The position numbers and the translations under genes were made by a program. DNA of 64,000 nucleotides from Patescibacteria group bacterium (GTDB taxonomy: Bacteria; Patescibacteriota; Minisyncoccia; Phycocordibacterales; UBA9973), in NCBI GenBank assembly GCA_040390725.1, contig JAZJXT010000001.1:152586-216585 (forward strand), written 5' to 3'. The notes below the pieces were generated by a model that saw only the letters and a program-made list of their open reading frames with translations, was not told the origin of the DNA and searched no databases. Positions 44,806-54,367 of this stretch are shown here, piece after piece. Within the stretch, counting starts at the first letter, position 1; every line of letters starts with the position of its first letter.

Positions 44806-45357
44806 ATGAAACAAGACATAAATAAAATAATAAAGATTTTAAAGTCTGGTGGGATGGGGGTGATGCCGACGGATACTTTATATGGGTTGGTGGGGAGCGC
44901 TTTGTCTAAAAAAACCGTAGAGAGAATTTATAAAATAAAAGGGCGGAATGAAAAGAAGCCTTTGATAATTTTAATTTCTGGTTTTGAGGACTTTGTTAGT
45001 TTTGGGTTAAATATTTCTAAATTTGTTTGGCCGGAGAAAACATCTATTATTTTTTCTTGTCCGAAAACAAAATTAAAAAAGTTCTTATATTTACACAGGG
45101 GCACAGGTGACTTGGCATTTAGATTGCCGGCAAAAAAATCATTGATTGAAATTTTGAAAAAGACGGGTCCGCTGGTGGTGCCCAGTGTGAATCCGGAAGG
45201 TTTGCCTCCGGCGAAAAATATTAAAGAAGCACAAAAATATTTCGGAGAAAAAATGGATTTTTATTTGGATAGTGGAACTTTAAAATCAGAACCATCGACT
45301 TTAATTAGAGTTAATAAGAGTGGGGAAATAGAAGTGTTGCGTGGTATACTCAAGTAA
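44806..45357 (+). CDS. tsaC: Threonylcarbamoyl-AMP synthase (Sua5/YrdC)
   Basis: PTDTLYGL, IY.IKGR...KP, S.N..G.PPA, PSTL. Confidence 0.88.
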   Translation: MKQDINKIIKILKSGGMGVMPTDTLYGLVGSALSKKTVERIYKIKGRNEKKPLIILISGFEDFVSFGLNISKFVWPEKTSIIFSCPKTKLKKFLYLHRGTGDLAFRLPAKKSLIEILKKTGPLVVPSVNPEGLPPAKNIKEAQKYFGEKMDFYLDSGTLKSEPSTLIRVNKSGEIEVLRGILK

Positions 45358-45366
45358 TAAAATAAT

Positions 45367-46260
45367 ATGATAAAAGAAATTAAAATTTTTACAGCAAAAA
45401 ATTGGGTAGTATCGTCTGATTATGAAATGCTTGATACTGGTGAGGGCGAGAAGCTTGAAAAATTTGGGCAGCATGTTTTAGTGCGACCGTATGAAGACGC
45501 CGTATGGAATAAAACTTTGCCGGTTAAGGAATGGGATAAAAATGACGGAAAATTCTACAGTTCAAAAGGCGGGTCAAAAGCAGGGTGGAAAATGAGTAAA
45601 AAAATAAATGAGAAATTTGAAATGTCATACAATGGCGTGAAATTCTGGGCTATGCCTACGCCTTTTCGGCATTTAGGGTTTTTCCCGGAACAAGCAAGTC
45701 ATTGGGACTTTATTGAAAATAAAATTAAAGAAGCAGAAAAACCTGTGAAGTTTTTAAATCTTTTCGGCTACACCGGCGTAGCGAGTTTGTTTGCATTGAG
45801 TGCAGGGGCGGAAGTCACGCATATTGATGCTTCGAAAAGTTCCTTGGCGTGGCTAAAAGAAAATCAAAATCTGGCAGGACTGGACGATATGCCGATGCGA
45901 ATTATTTTAGACGACGTGATGAAATTTTTAGAAAGAGAAATAAAACGCGGAAATAAATATGATGCTGTCATAATGGACCCGCCGAAATTCGGCCGTGGAC
46001 CAAAAGGTGAGACTTGGAAAATAGAAGAAAATCTAGCGAAACTTTTAAATAATGTAAAAAGAGTTTTATCTGACAAACCGCTTTTTGTAATTTTAAATTC
46101 TTATGCGATAGATGCATCATCACTCTCGCTCGGTTATGCATTGGAAAATGCAATGATGGAAATGAAAGGTGAAGTTTCTTGCGGGGAATTGTGTTTATTG
46201 GAAAAATCAAAAGGTAGAAATATCCCACTTTCAAATACCGCTATTTGGGAAGCTAAATAA
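45367..46260 (+). CDS. Class I SAM-dependent methyltransferase (RlmI/RlmK-like)
   Basis: GFFPEQ, LNLFGYTG, HIDAS, DPPKFGRG. Confidence 0.85.
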   Translation: MIKEIKIFTAKNWVVSSDYEMLDTGEGEKLEKFGQHVLVRPYEDAVWNKTLPVKEWDKNDGKFYSSKGGSKAGWKMSKKINEKFEMSYNGVKFWAMPTPFRHLGFFPEQASHWDFIENKIKEAEKPVKFLNLFGYTGVASLFALSAGAEVTHIDASKSSLAWLKENQNLAGLDDMPMRIILDDVMKFLEREIKRGNKYDAVIMDPPKFGRGPKGETWKIEENLAKLLNNVKRVLSDKPLFVILNSYAIDASSLSLGYALENAMMEMKGEVSCGELCLLEKSKGRNIPLSNTAIWEAK

Positions 46261-46264
46261 TTAT

Positions 46265-46738
46265 TTATTTTTTAGATTTTAAATCTGAGATTTCTTGCAT
46301 CAAGTCACGCAGGCTGTTTTCAATTTTTGAAAAAATTTCTTTTTGTTTTTCTTCGTCTTTTTGTTCTTCACTGCTAGCTTCTTCTATTTCCTCCACGTCT
46401 TCCTGAATCTCTCCCATGTCTTCTTGGATCTCATCGACGTCTTTCTGAATTTCCTCCACGTCTTCCTGAATCTCCCCGATGTCTTCGGAGACTTCTTCGA
46501 GGTCTTCACCTTGTTTGTTGACAGTCATTTGAATAAAAATAGCAAGGTAAATCGCTTCCAAGGAAACCATTGTATTAAAAATAAGTATAACCTTGTCAAA
46601 TCCTATTCCTGAAAAAGTCAGTATGACCATTATGCTAAAAAAAATGGTATGCACAATGAGCGACTCTGTAGAGCCGATCCATTTTACGATCTTGTCTGAC
46701 GCCCTTTCTATTTTTTTTTGACGGTCTTTTGATGTCAT
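46265..46738 (-). CDS. DUF1003-like membrane protein with acidic heptad coiled coil
   Basis: 'WIGS..SL..H', 'VSLEAIYLAIFIQM.VN', (EIQEDVE)n repeats. Confidence 0.75.
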   Translation of the reverse strand: MTSKDRQKKIERASDKIVKWIGSTESLIVHTIFFSIMVILTFSGIGFDKVILIFNTMVSLEAIYLAIFIQMTVNKQGEDLEEVSEDIGEIQEDVEEIQKDVDEIQEDMGEIQEDVEEIEEASSEEQKDEEKQKEIFSKIENSLRDLMQEISDLKSKK

Positions 46739-46804
46739 ATATATAAAATAAAACCCCCTTCGGGTCATTTCCATTATAGCACAGATATGGTATACTTTGG
46801 CAAT

Positions 46805-47380
46805 ATGGAAAATATAAAAACTGTGGAAATAAAAAAAGAAAATAAATTTATCAAGTGGGCTTTAATTTTTGGGATAGTTGTCGTTTTGAATTTATTTTTT
46901 AATTATGCGGTGGCGCTAGTTTATAAACAGCCGGTTTATGAGGATTATTTTCGTGCTGAGCAAATAGTGGAGCCTATTATAAATAAAGAAGATTGCGTGA
47001 AAGTCGGTGGGCAGTGGACAGAGCAGAATTATACATATTATGACAAGACTGCCCCAATGCCTGTGAGCCCTGACGGTAAGCCGATAAAAGGATATTGTGA
47101 TCCGAATTTCACTAAGCAACAAGAATTTAATTCTGCGCAAAAAATTTACGATAGAAATGTTTTTATTACATTAGTTATTCTAGGTGTCATATCTCTTGCA
47201 ATAGGATTATTTACAAGTATTGAACTTCTCTCGACTGCGCTTTCTTTTGGCGGAGTACTTTCATTTATTATTGCATCTTCGAGGTATTGGTCATCAGCGG
47301 ATAATTTAATAAAAGTTATAATTTTAGCAATCGCATTAGCAGCTCTCATCTGGCTCGCAGTTAAAAAATTCGGGAAATAA
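46805..47380 (+). CDS. Four-TM membrane protein with Cys-containing extracellular loop
   Basis: TM pattern, 'C...GGQW...GYCD'. Confidence 0.65.
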   Translation: MENIKTVEIKKENKFIKWALIFGIVVVLNLFFNYAVALVYKQPVYEDYFRAEQIVEPIINKEDCVKVGGQWTEQNYTYYDKTAPMPVSPDGKPIKGYCDPNFTKQQEFNSAQKIYDRNVFITLVILGVISLAIGLFTSIELLSTALSFGGVLSFIIASSRYWSSADNLIKVIILAIALAALIWLAVKKFGK

Positions 47381-47412
47381 AAAACAGGACACGCGCTGGG
47401 GCTGTGTCCTGT
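47378..47412 (-). terminator. Intrinsic terminator between convergent genes
   Basis: ACAGGACAC/GTGTCCTGT stem with A-tract on the + side. Confidence 0.6.
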
Positions 47413-47434
47413 GATTGGGATGGATAAGGTGAGA

Positions 47435-47890
47435 TTAAAGGTGGATAATTTCTACCATTACTCCTGAAAAAGGAAATGGAAAAGATGATGACGATTCGTG
47501 TTCTGGGGAAAGGTAAACGACCTTAAACCCTTCACGAATTCCAAAACCCGATGTTTTGGAGGGTTCAGATTTAACACTTTCCCATAGTAGATTTTTTAGT
47601 GCTTCTGCCTGTCTCTCAATCTTACTAAGTTTTTTTTCCTCCTTACTGCCGACCTTAAACCGTGATGCATTTGCATCTTCAAAGATTTTTTTAGCCTCTT
47701 TTGTTTTTTGTTCAATAAGAGAATAAATTACTTTTTCAAATACAGACATCTCCCTGACAAATTCCTCACCGTCTTGGGTTTCACTGTCGGGACTAATAAA
47801 AGGGGTTTGCTCGCTTTCCTCAAATGTGAGGATTTCATAAAGCAGGGTGCCTTTCGTCACCCATTCTGGCAATACTAAGTTTTTTTGCAT
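47435..47890 (-). CDS. Hypothetical protein
   Basis: 151 aa ORF with its own promoter and terminator. Confidence 0.55.
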   Translation of the reverse strand: MQKNLVLPEWVTKGTLLYEILTFEESEQTPFISPDSETQDGEEFVREMSVFEKVIYSLIEQKTKEAKKIFEDANASRFKVGSKEEKKLSKIERQAEALKNLLWESVKSEPSKTSGFGIREGFKVVYLSPEHESSSSFPFPFSGVMVEIIHL

Positions 47891-47919
47891 AGAACTAAAT
47901 AAAATTTAAATTTGAACCC

Positions 47920-47951
47920 ATACTACTACTACTACTACTACCTATTGTCAA
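47920..47951 (-). promoter_or_regulatory. Promoter with (TAG)n trinucleotide repeat in the spacer
   Basis: Minus strand TTGACA-20 nt-TAGTAT; (TAC)7 at 47921-47941. Confidence 0.6.
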
Positions 47952-48028
47952 GTTTTAAATAACACACAATTAGCGTATAATCAAAATACCTTTATTTAAA
48001 GGACTAAATTTAATTTTTACGAAAAATA

Positions 48029-50434
48029 ATGAAAAATTACGATCATAAAATAATTGAAAAAAAGTGGCAGGAGGAATGGGATAAGAATAAAATTTACAAA
48101 GTCGCTGATGAAGTAAAAGGCAAAGAAAATTTCTATCAGCTTGTGGAATTTACTTATCCTTCGGGCAATTTGCACGTGGGGCATTGGTATGCTTTTTCTG
48201 TGCCGGATATTTTTGCTCGTTATAAAAGAATGAGCGGATACAATGTTCTTTACCCGATGGGTTTTGATGCTTTTGGTTTGCCTGCGGAAAATGCGGCGAT
48301 AAAACTCGGCGCGGATCCTAAAATTTGGACTTATGAACATATGGATAAAATGCGTTTACAGCTTCGCTCTATGGGCGCGTCTTTTGATTGGGAAAGGGAA
48401 GTTGTCACTTGTGATCCGAAATATTACAAATGGACGCAATGGATGTTTAATCAATTTTTGAAAAATGATTTGGCGTATCGAGATACTACGAAAGTAAATT
48501 GGTGTCCGAAAGATATGACGATACTTGCAAATGAGCAGGTGACCGACGGTAAATGTGAACGCTGTGGTAATGAGGTAGAGCAACGCGATCAAGAACAGTG
48601 GATGTTGCGCATTTCAAAATACGCGGATAGATTGATAGATGACCTTGATGCTTTAGACTGGCCTCTTGAAATAAAATCCGCGCAGAAAAATTGGATTGGC
48701 AGGAGCGAGGGGAGCGAGATTGAATTTGAGGTTCACCCCCACCCAGCCTCCCCCTTAGCTAAGGGGGAGGTGCCGAAGGCGGAGGGGGTGCGAGTTTTCA
48801 CAACAAGAGCTGATACTCTTTTTGGTGTTAGTTATATTGCAATTGCGCCGGAGCATGAATTAATTTTAAAATTAAAAGATAAAATTGAAAATTATGATGA
48901 AGTAGAAAAATATATTTCAGATACTAAAAAGAAATCTGAACTTGATCGACAGCAATCCAAAGAAAAAACAGGAGTGGAATTAAAAGGAATAAAAGCTATA
49001 AATCCGGCAACTGGCGAATGGCTTTCTGTTTGGACTGCGGACTATGTTTTGGCAGGTTATGGCACAGGTGCAGTGATGGGAGTACCTCAACATGATGAGA
49101 GGGATAATGCTTTTGCTGTAAAATATAATTTACCAATAATTGATAAACCCTTAGTTGATGCAAAAGAAGTTACAGAAAAAGTCGGTGGGAAATTAGTCAG
49201 CACATATAGGTTGCGTGATTGGGGGATTTCTCGGCAGAGGTATTGGGGCGTACCTATACCGATAGTTTACGATACTGAAGGCAAAGCGCATCCGGTGCCG
49301 GATGAACATTTGCCTTGGCTGTTGCCGACAGATGTAGACCACAAGCCTTCGGGTGTCGCTCCTCTTTCAAAGAGTAAAGAACTTTTAGAAAGAACAGAAA
49401 AAATATTTGGAAAAGGCTGGCGTCCGGAAGTCGAAACGATGGATACATTCGTGGATTCTTCTTGGTATTTTTACAGATACTTGGATAATAATAATGACAA
49501 AGAATTTTCCGCAAAAGAAAAAATGGAATCTTGGATGCCGGTTGATTTATATATGGGCGGAGCGGAGCACACCACGATGCATTTACTTTATTCTCGTTTT
49601 TGGGTAAAGGCTTTGTTTGATTTAGGTTTGGTAAAAGATGCCGAGGCGTATAAAGTGCGCAAGAACCGCGGACTTATTTTAGGACCGGATGGAAATAAAA
49701 TGTCCAAGTCAAAAGGCAATGTCATAGATCCGGATGAAATAGTGGACAGGCTCGGCGCTGATACTGTGCGTTTATATTTGGCATTTATGGGTCCGTACGG
49801 AGTGACGGTGAATTATCCTTGGGATCCAAATGGCGTCGTCGGCGTGAGGAGATTCTTAGAAAGGGTTTGGAAGTTGGCAGAAAGAATTACAGCGAAGCCA
49901 GCAAAGGATTTTGGAGCCTTCGCCCTCGGAGACATAGGACAGGGAACCCATGACTCTAAAAATTCTTTGCTGGCTTCGCAATCAAAACTTCTGCATAAAA
50001 CAATCAAAAGCATAAGTGAAGATATGGAGGAACATAAATATAATACTTGTATTTCTAAAATGATGATTCTTTTAAATAGTTTTGATAAAGAAGAAAAAGT
50101 TTCAACAGAAGACTTTAAAACTTTCTTGTGTTTGCTTGCGCCGTTTGCTCCACATATAGCCGAAGAGCTTTGGACAGAGCTTGGTGAAAAAGAAAGCATA
50201 CATCTTTCCCTATGGCCGAAGTATGATGAAAACTTAATTAAAGATGATGAAATAAAAATCGCTGTGCAGGTGAATGGTAAAGTCAGGGGAGAGATAACTA
50301 TCAGCGTGGATGAAAATGAAGAAGAAATAAAAAATAAAGGATTGGCAGATGAAAATGTCGCCCGACATCTCGCCAGCAAGGAAATAAAAAAAGTTATTTA
50401 TGTGAAAGGTAGGCTCATAAGTATTGTGGTTTAA
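48029..50434 (+). CDS. leuS: Leucine--tRNA ligase
   Basis: YPSG.LHVGH, GFDAFGLPAENAA, NWIGRSEG, FTTRADT, SRQRYWG.PIP, KMSKSKGN. Confidence 0.97.
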   Translation: MKNYDHKIIEKKWQEEWDKNKIYKVADEVKGKENFYQLVEFTYPSGNLHVGHWYAFSVPDIFARYKRMSGYNVLYPMGFDAFGLPAENAAIKLGADPKIWTYEHMDKMRLQLRSMGASFDWEREVVTCDPKYYKWTQWMFNQFLKNDLAYRDTTKVNWCPKDMTILANEQVTDGKCERCGNEVEQRDQEQWMLRISKYADRLIDDLDALDWPLEIKSAQKNWIGRSEGSEIEFEVHPHPASPLAKGEVPKAEGVRVFTTRADTLFGVSYIAIAPEHELILKLKDKIENYDEVEKYISDTKKKSELDRQQSKEKTGVELKGIKAINPATGEWLSVWTADYVLAGYGTGAVMGVPQHDERDNAFAVKYNLPIIDKPLVDAKEVTEKVGGKLVSTYRLRDWGISRQRYWGVPIPIVYDTEGKAHPVPDEHLPWLLPTDVDHKPSGVAPLSKSKELLERTEKIFGKGWRPEVETMDTFVDSSWYFYRYLDNNNDKEFSAKEKMESWMPVDLYMGGAEHTTMHLLYSRFWVKALFDLGLVKDAEAYKVRKNRGLILGPDGNKMSKSKGNVIDPDEIVDRLGADTVRLYLAFMGPYGVTVNYPWDPNGVVGVRRFLERVWKLAERITAKPAKDFGAFALGDIGQGTHDSKNSLLASQSKLLHKTIKSISEDMEEHKYNTCISKMMILLNSFDKEEKVSTEDFKTFLCLLAPFAPHIAEELWTELGEKESIHLSLWPKYDENLIKDDEIKIAVQVNGKVRGEITISVDENEEEIKNKGLADENVARHLASKEIKKVIYVKGRLISIVV
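48734..48790. repeat. 57-nt in-frame branched palindrome in leuS
   Basis: CACCCCC...GGGGGTG outer stem; CCTCCCCCTTAG|CTAAGGGGGAGG and GCC-GAA-GGC inner hairpins; encodes HPHPASPLAKGEVPKAEGV. Confidence 0.85.
49892..49979. repeat. 88-nt stem-loop inside leuS
   Basis: GCGAAGCCAGCAAAG...CTTTGCTGGCTTCGC perfect 15-bp terminal arms, extended by ATTTT/AAAAT. Confidence 0.85.
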
Positions 50435-50488
50435 AATATCTTTATGATATAATCACCTAAGTTATAAATTAATATTTTTAATAAATTT

Positions 50489-52585
50489 ATGGTATCAAAT
50501 ATTTTAGATAGAATTTCTTTTTGGGCTTTGTTTGCAGTCATTACATTATTACCGATTTTCTTTTTACCCTTTACAAGTGTTCCCATTGAGACTTCAAAGG
50601 GCTTGCTCTTGATTGTCGGACTTTCTTTGTCTATTATTTTTTGGGCTGCTGCGAGGTTTTCTGATGGGAAAATTATTTTACCTAAATCTAGAATTTTAGT
50701 TGCCGGGCTTGGTATCGTTTTGGCTTTTCTTATTTCAGCTCTTTTTTCTCCGGTTATGAAAGTTTCTTTTTTTGGTGCGATGCTCGATACCGGAACTTTT
50801 TACTTTATGCTTTCTGCCTTTCTCTTGATGCTTGCTTCCGCATTGGTGATGAAAAGTGAAAGAAATACAAGAATGATTGTCTTGGGAACCTTAGCTTCTT
50901 TTGCTGTTTTATTTGTTTTTCAAATTTTACGTTTATTTATGCCTCAAACATTTGCACTCGGAGTTTTAGGCGCAAAGACAGATAATATTTTGGGTTCATG
51001 GAATGCTCTTGGAATGTTTGCAGGATTCGGAGCTGTTACATCTCTTTTTTCTTTAGAATTTTTTGAGCTTGGTAAGGAATTTAAAATACTTCTAGGTTCT
51101 CTTTTGGTCTTGGCATTATTTTTAATTGCTGCTGTTAATTTTTCTTTGGTATGGGCTATACTGGGAGTATTTTCTTTATTTATTTTTGTTTACAAAGTTT
51201 CTTTCTCGGGTAAAGTTCACAGAGAGGGCGAGCCTAGGAGCTTCCCATTAGTTTCATTCGCTGTTGCCATGCTTTCAATTGTATTTTTTATGTCTGGTAA
51301 TTTCCTCGGAGCATATTTACCAAATAGCTTGGGAGTTTCCAATCTTGAAATCAGGCCTTCTTTTACAGCTACTATGATGGTATCAAGAGATGTCTTGGCT
51401 CACAACCCTGTTTTAGGGGCAGGCCCTAATAGATTTCCTGAAATGTGGGCTATGCATAAGCCATTGGTAGTAAATGCTACAAATTTCTGGGATAGTTATT
51501 TCGATTCTGGTATGGGTGTGTTGCCGACATTTATCATCACGACCGGAGGCCTCGGCATTATTTCTTTTCTTATATTTTTCGTGTTATTTTTTATAGCCGG
51601 AGTAAAATGTCTTTTTTATTCTCCTAAGAATAATGCAGTGAACAGCACATCCATGTTGTTATTTTTCTCCGCTTTTTATTTATTCGTTGCATCCTTCTTT
51701 TATTCCACAGGTCCGGCGATATTTCTTTTAGCTTTTGCTTTTACGGGAGCTTTCATTGGAGTTTTTTGGTCAAATAAAACAAATGGATATGCTACTTTTT
51801 CTTTTTTGGATGATCCGCGTAAAAGTTTCTTTTCGATTCTTTTGCTTGTTATCATCATGGCCGTATGTGTAGCTGTTGGCTTTAAATATATAGAGCGTTT
51901 TGCCTCTGTTGCATATTTCCAAAAAACATTTTCTGCTCAGTCCGTAGATGAAGCAGAATTGAATATAAATAAAGCCTTGGCTCTAGTTTCAAATGATTTA
52001 TACCTACGAGCTTATTCACAAGTTTACATTGCTAAAATGAATTCTTTGGTTGCAAAAGGCGCATCTTTGTCTGAGACTGAAAAAGCCGACTTGCGATCTA
52101 GTTTTGAAAATGCAGTTTCAGGTGCTCAATCTGCAATAACTTATGACAAGACTAATTATTTAAACTACAATGCTCTCGGTGGTGTTTATGAAGTCGTTGC
52201 TCCACTAGGCGTAGATGGTGCTTATGATAAAGCCTTTGAAGCGTACAAGAATGCATCAGACCTTAATCCATTTAATCCAGGGTTAAAGCTTTCTCTTGCT
52301 CGTGTTTCTTTTGCAAATAAAAAAGTACAAGATGCAAAAGATTATGCCAATCAAGCTCTCACCTTAAAGCCTGATTACCTCGATGCCTTAATAGTTCTTT
52401 CACAGCTGGCTAGGGGTGAGGGAAATATGAATGATGCATTGTCTTATGCAGAGTCTGCGCTCTCTGTTGCTCCACAAAGTCAACAATTAATAGAATACGT
52501 TAACAGTTTAAAAAATCTCGTATCTATCTCTGCTGTGCCACCAACAATTACCAATGTTACAAAAACTACCGCTAAAAAGAAATAA
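50489..52585 (+). CDS. Polytopic membrane protein, O-antigen-ligase-like with C-terminal TPRs
   Basis: About 13 TM segments, loop 'PVLGAGPNRF..W', C-terminal TPR 'AY..A..LNP', 'AL.LKPDY'. Confidence 0.6.
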   Translation: MVSNILDRISFWALFAVITLLPIFFLPFTSVPIETSKGLLLIVGLSLSIIFWAAARFSDGKIILPKSRILVAGLGIVLAFLISALFSPVMKVSFFGAMLDTGTFYFMLSAFLLMLASALVMKSERNTRMIVLGTLASFAVLFVFQILRLFMPQTFALGVLGAKTDNILGSWNALGMFAGFGAVTSLFSLEFFELGKEFKILLGSLLVLALFLIAAVNFSLVWAILGVFSLFIFVYKVSFSGKVHREGEPRSFPLVSFAVAMLSIVFFMSGNFLGAYLPNSLGVSNLEIRPSFTATMMVSRDVLAHNPVLGAGPNRFPEMWAMHKPLVVNATNFWDSYFDSGMGVLPTFIITTGGLGIISFLIFFVLFFIAGVKCLFYSPKNNAVNSTSMLLFFSAFYLFVASFFYSTGPAIFLLAFAFTGAFIGVFWSNKTNGYATFSFLDDPRKSFFSILLLVIIMAVCVAVGFKYIERFASVAYFQKTFSAQSVDEAELNINKALALVSNDLYLRAYSQVYIAKMNSLVAKGASLSETEKADLRSSFENAVSGAQSAITYDKTNYLNYNALGGVYEVVAPLGVDGAYDKAFEAYKNASDLNPFNPGLKLSLARVSFANKKVQDAKDYANQALTLKPDYLDALIVLSQLARGEGNMNDALSYAESALSVAPQSQQLIEYVNSLKNLVSISAVPPTITNVTKTTAKKK

Positions 52586-52606
52586 TAATTTATAAGTTTG
52601 CACTGA

Positions 52607-54286
52607 ATGGAAAAAATTTTTAGACTTTTCAATAAGGAGTTTCGTAATGTACATCAGGCTGCGCTTCTTTTAGGTCTCTTTACTCTTTGTTCGCAAGTGC
52701 TAGGCCTTTTGAGGGATCGTTCCATCGCGCACTTCATAGGTCCTACTCCGGAGCTCGATTCATATTACGCGGCATTTAGAATTCCTGATTTGATTTTTAT
52801 TTCCATTGCATCACTTGCATCTATCACAGTATTGATTCCTTTTATAGCCAGCAAGATGTCAGGGGATAATGTTACAAAAGAAGCCAAGAAATTCTTGAAT
52901 GATGTTTTTACTGTTTTTTTTATTGCGATGATTTTTGTTTCTGTTTTGGCTTTTTTATTGATGCCATATCTTGCGCACTTAATTGCACCTGGTTTTTCAA
53001 TAGTAATGCAATCTAAAGTAATTTTGCTTTCTCGTGTGATGCTCCTTTCTCCGATTCTTATGGGGCTTTCTAATCTTTTCGGTTCTATTACTCAGCTCTT
53101 TCATAAATTTTTTATTTATTCTTTGAGTCCGATTTTTTATAACCTTGGCATAATCGTCGGTGTTATTTTTCTTTATCCAGTTTTTGGTATTTATGGTTTG
53201 GCGTTTGGGGTAGTCCTAGGGGCATTGATGCATTTTTTAATTCAAGCTGTTGCTTCAGCGAGTTGTGGATTTGCGCCAAAGTTTTCTTTCTCAGTTGATT
53301 TTCCTGAGATAAAACGCGCTGTCTTGATTTCTCTACCTAGGACATTAGGACTGGCCTTCAATAGCATTGCTCTCATTGTTATAGTGGCTCTAGCTTCATT
53401 TTTAAAAGGCGGATCAATTTCTATTTTTAATTTCTCTTGGAATTTACAATCCGTGCCTTTAAATATCATAGGTATTTCTTATGCTGTGGCCGCATTTCCA
53501 ACTTTAGCAAAAGCACATGGAGATGGAAAATATGATGATTTTAAAAATCATTTACGTTCTGCTGGGCGACAAATTGTTTTCTGGTCATTACCTGTCACAT
53601 TTTTATTTATAGTTCTACGCGCGCAGATCACGCGTGTCATTCTAGGCTCGGGTTCTTTTTCTTGGGAGAATACTCGGCTTGTCGCCGCATCACTCGCTAT
53701 TTTTTCTATTTCAGTTTTAGCACAAGGAATGATTGCTCTTTTGTCTCGTGCATATTATGCAAAAGGGGAGACAAAGCGTCCGCTCACTGTTAATTTTATT
53801 TGCTCTGTTTTAATTATTATTTTATCTTACTTATTTATTCATATTTTTGAAAATTTTGCTGGTTTTAGGTATTTTATAGAATCGATGTTAAAAGTTTCTG
53901 ATATACCAGGTACGGAAGTTTTGATGCTTCCACTTGCATATTCTGTCGGTACGATTTTAAATTTTATTTTGCATTTGGTTTTTATCAAGAAAGATTTTAT
54001 GGGACGCGAACCTTTTATAGCTAAAACTTTTTTCCAAAGCCTCGGCGCATCATTTTTCATTGGCCTAGTGTCTTACTTTTGTTTAAATATTCTTTCTCCG
54101 ATTTTTGGCACGACGACTTTCTGGGGAGTATTCTTACAAGGTTTTATTTCAGGAATTATAGGAATTTTTGCAGGACTTATTGTTTTGTATTTACTTAAAA
54201 ATGAAGAACTTAAAGAACTCCTAAAGACATTAAAAACAAAATTTTGGTTAGCCAAAATTATCGCTCCATCTCAAGAAGAATTGTAG
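52607..54286 (+). CDS. murJ: Lipid II flippase MurJ
   Basis: LGLLRDR, D.YYAAFRIPD, AAFPTL, RAYYA...TKRP. Confidence 0.9.
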   Translation: MEKIFRLFNKEFRNVHQAALLLGLFTLCSQVLGLLRDRSIAHFIGPTPELDSYYAAFRIPDLIFISIASLASITVLIPFIASKMSGDNVTKEAKKFLNDVFTVFFIAMIFVSVLAFLLMPYLAHLIAPGFSIVMQSKVILLSRVMLLSPILMGLSNLFGSITQLFHKFFIYSLSPIFYNLGIIVGVIFLYPVFGIYGLAFGVVLGALMHFLIQAVASASCGFAPKFSFSVDFPEIKRAVLISLPRTLGLAFNSIALIVIVALASFLKGGSISIFNFSWNLQSVPLNIIGISYAVAAFPTLAKAHGDGKYDDFKNHLRSAGRQIVFWSLPVTFLFIVLRAQITRVILGSGSFSWENTRLVAASLAIFSISVLAQGMIALLSRAYYAKGETKRPLTVNFICSVLIIILSYLFIHIFENFAGFRYFIESMLKVSDIPGTEVLMLPLAYSVGTILNFILHLVFIKKDFMGREPFIAKTFFQSLGASFFIGLVSYFCLNILSPIFGTTTFWGVFLQGFISGIIGIFAGLIVLYLLKNEELKELLKTLKTKFWLAKIIAPSQEEL

Positions 54287-54367
54287 ACCCAGAGCCTAAG
54301 GCTCTGATTATTAAGGCAGAATGATTTTATGTTATAATAAAAAAGAGCGAAATACCATCGCCATTTT

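Noticed and set aside
46370-46510. 21-nt periodic DNA repeat
   Set aside because: Explained by the heptad coiled coil (EIQEDVE)n of the DUF1003-like protein
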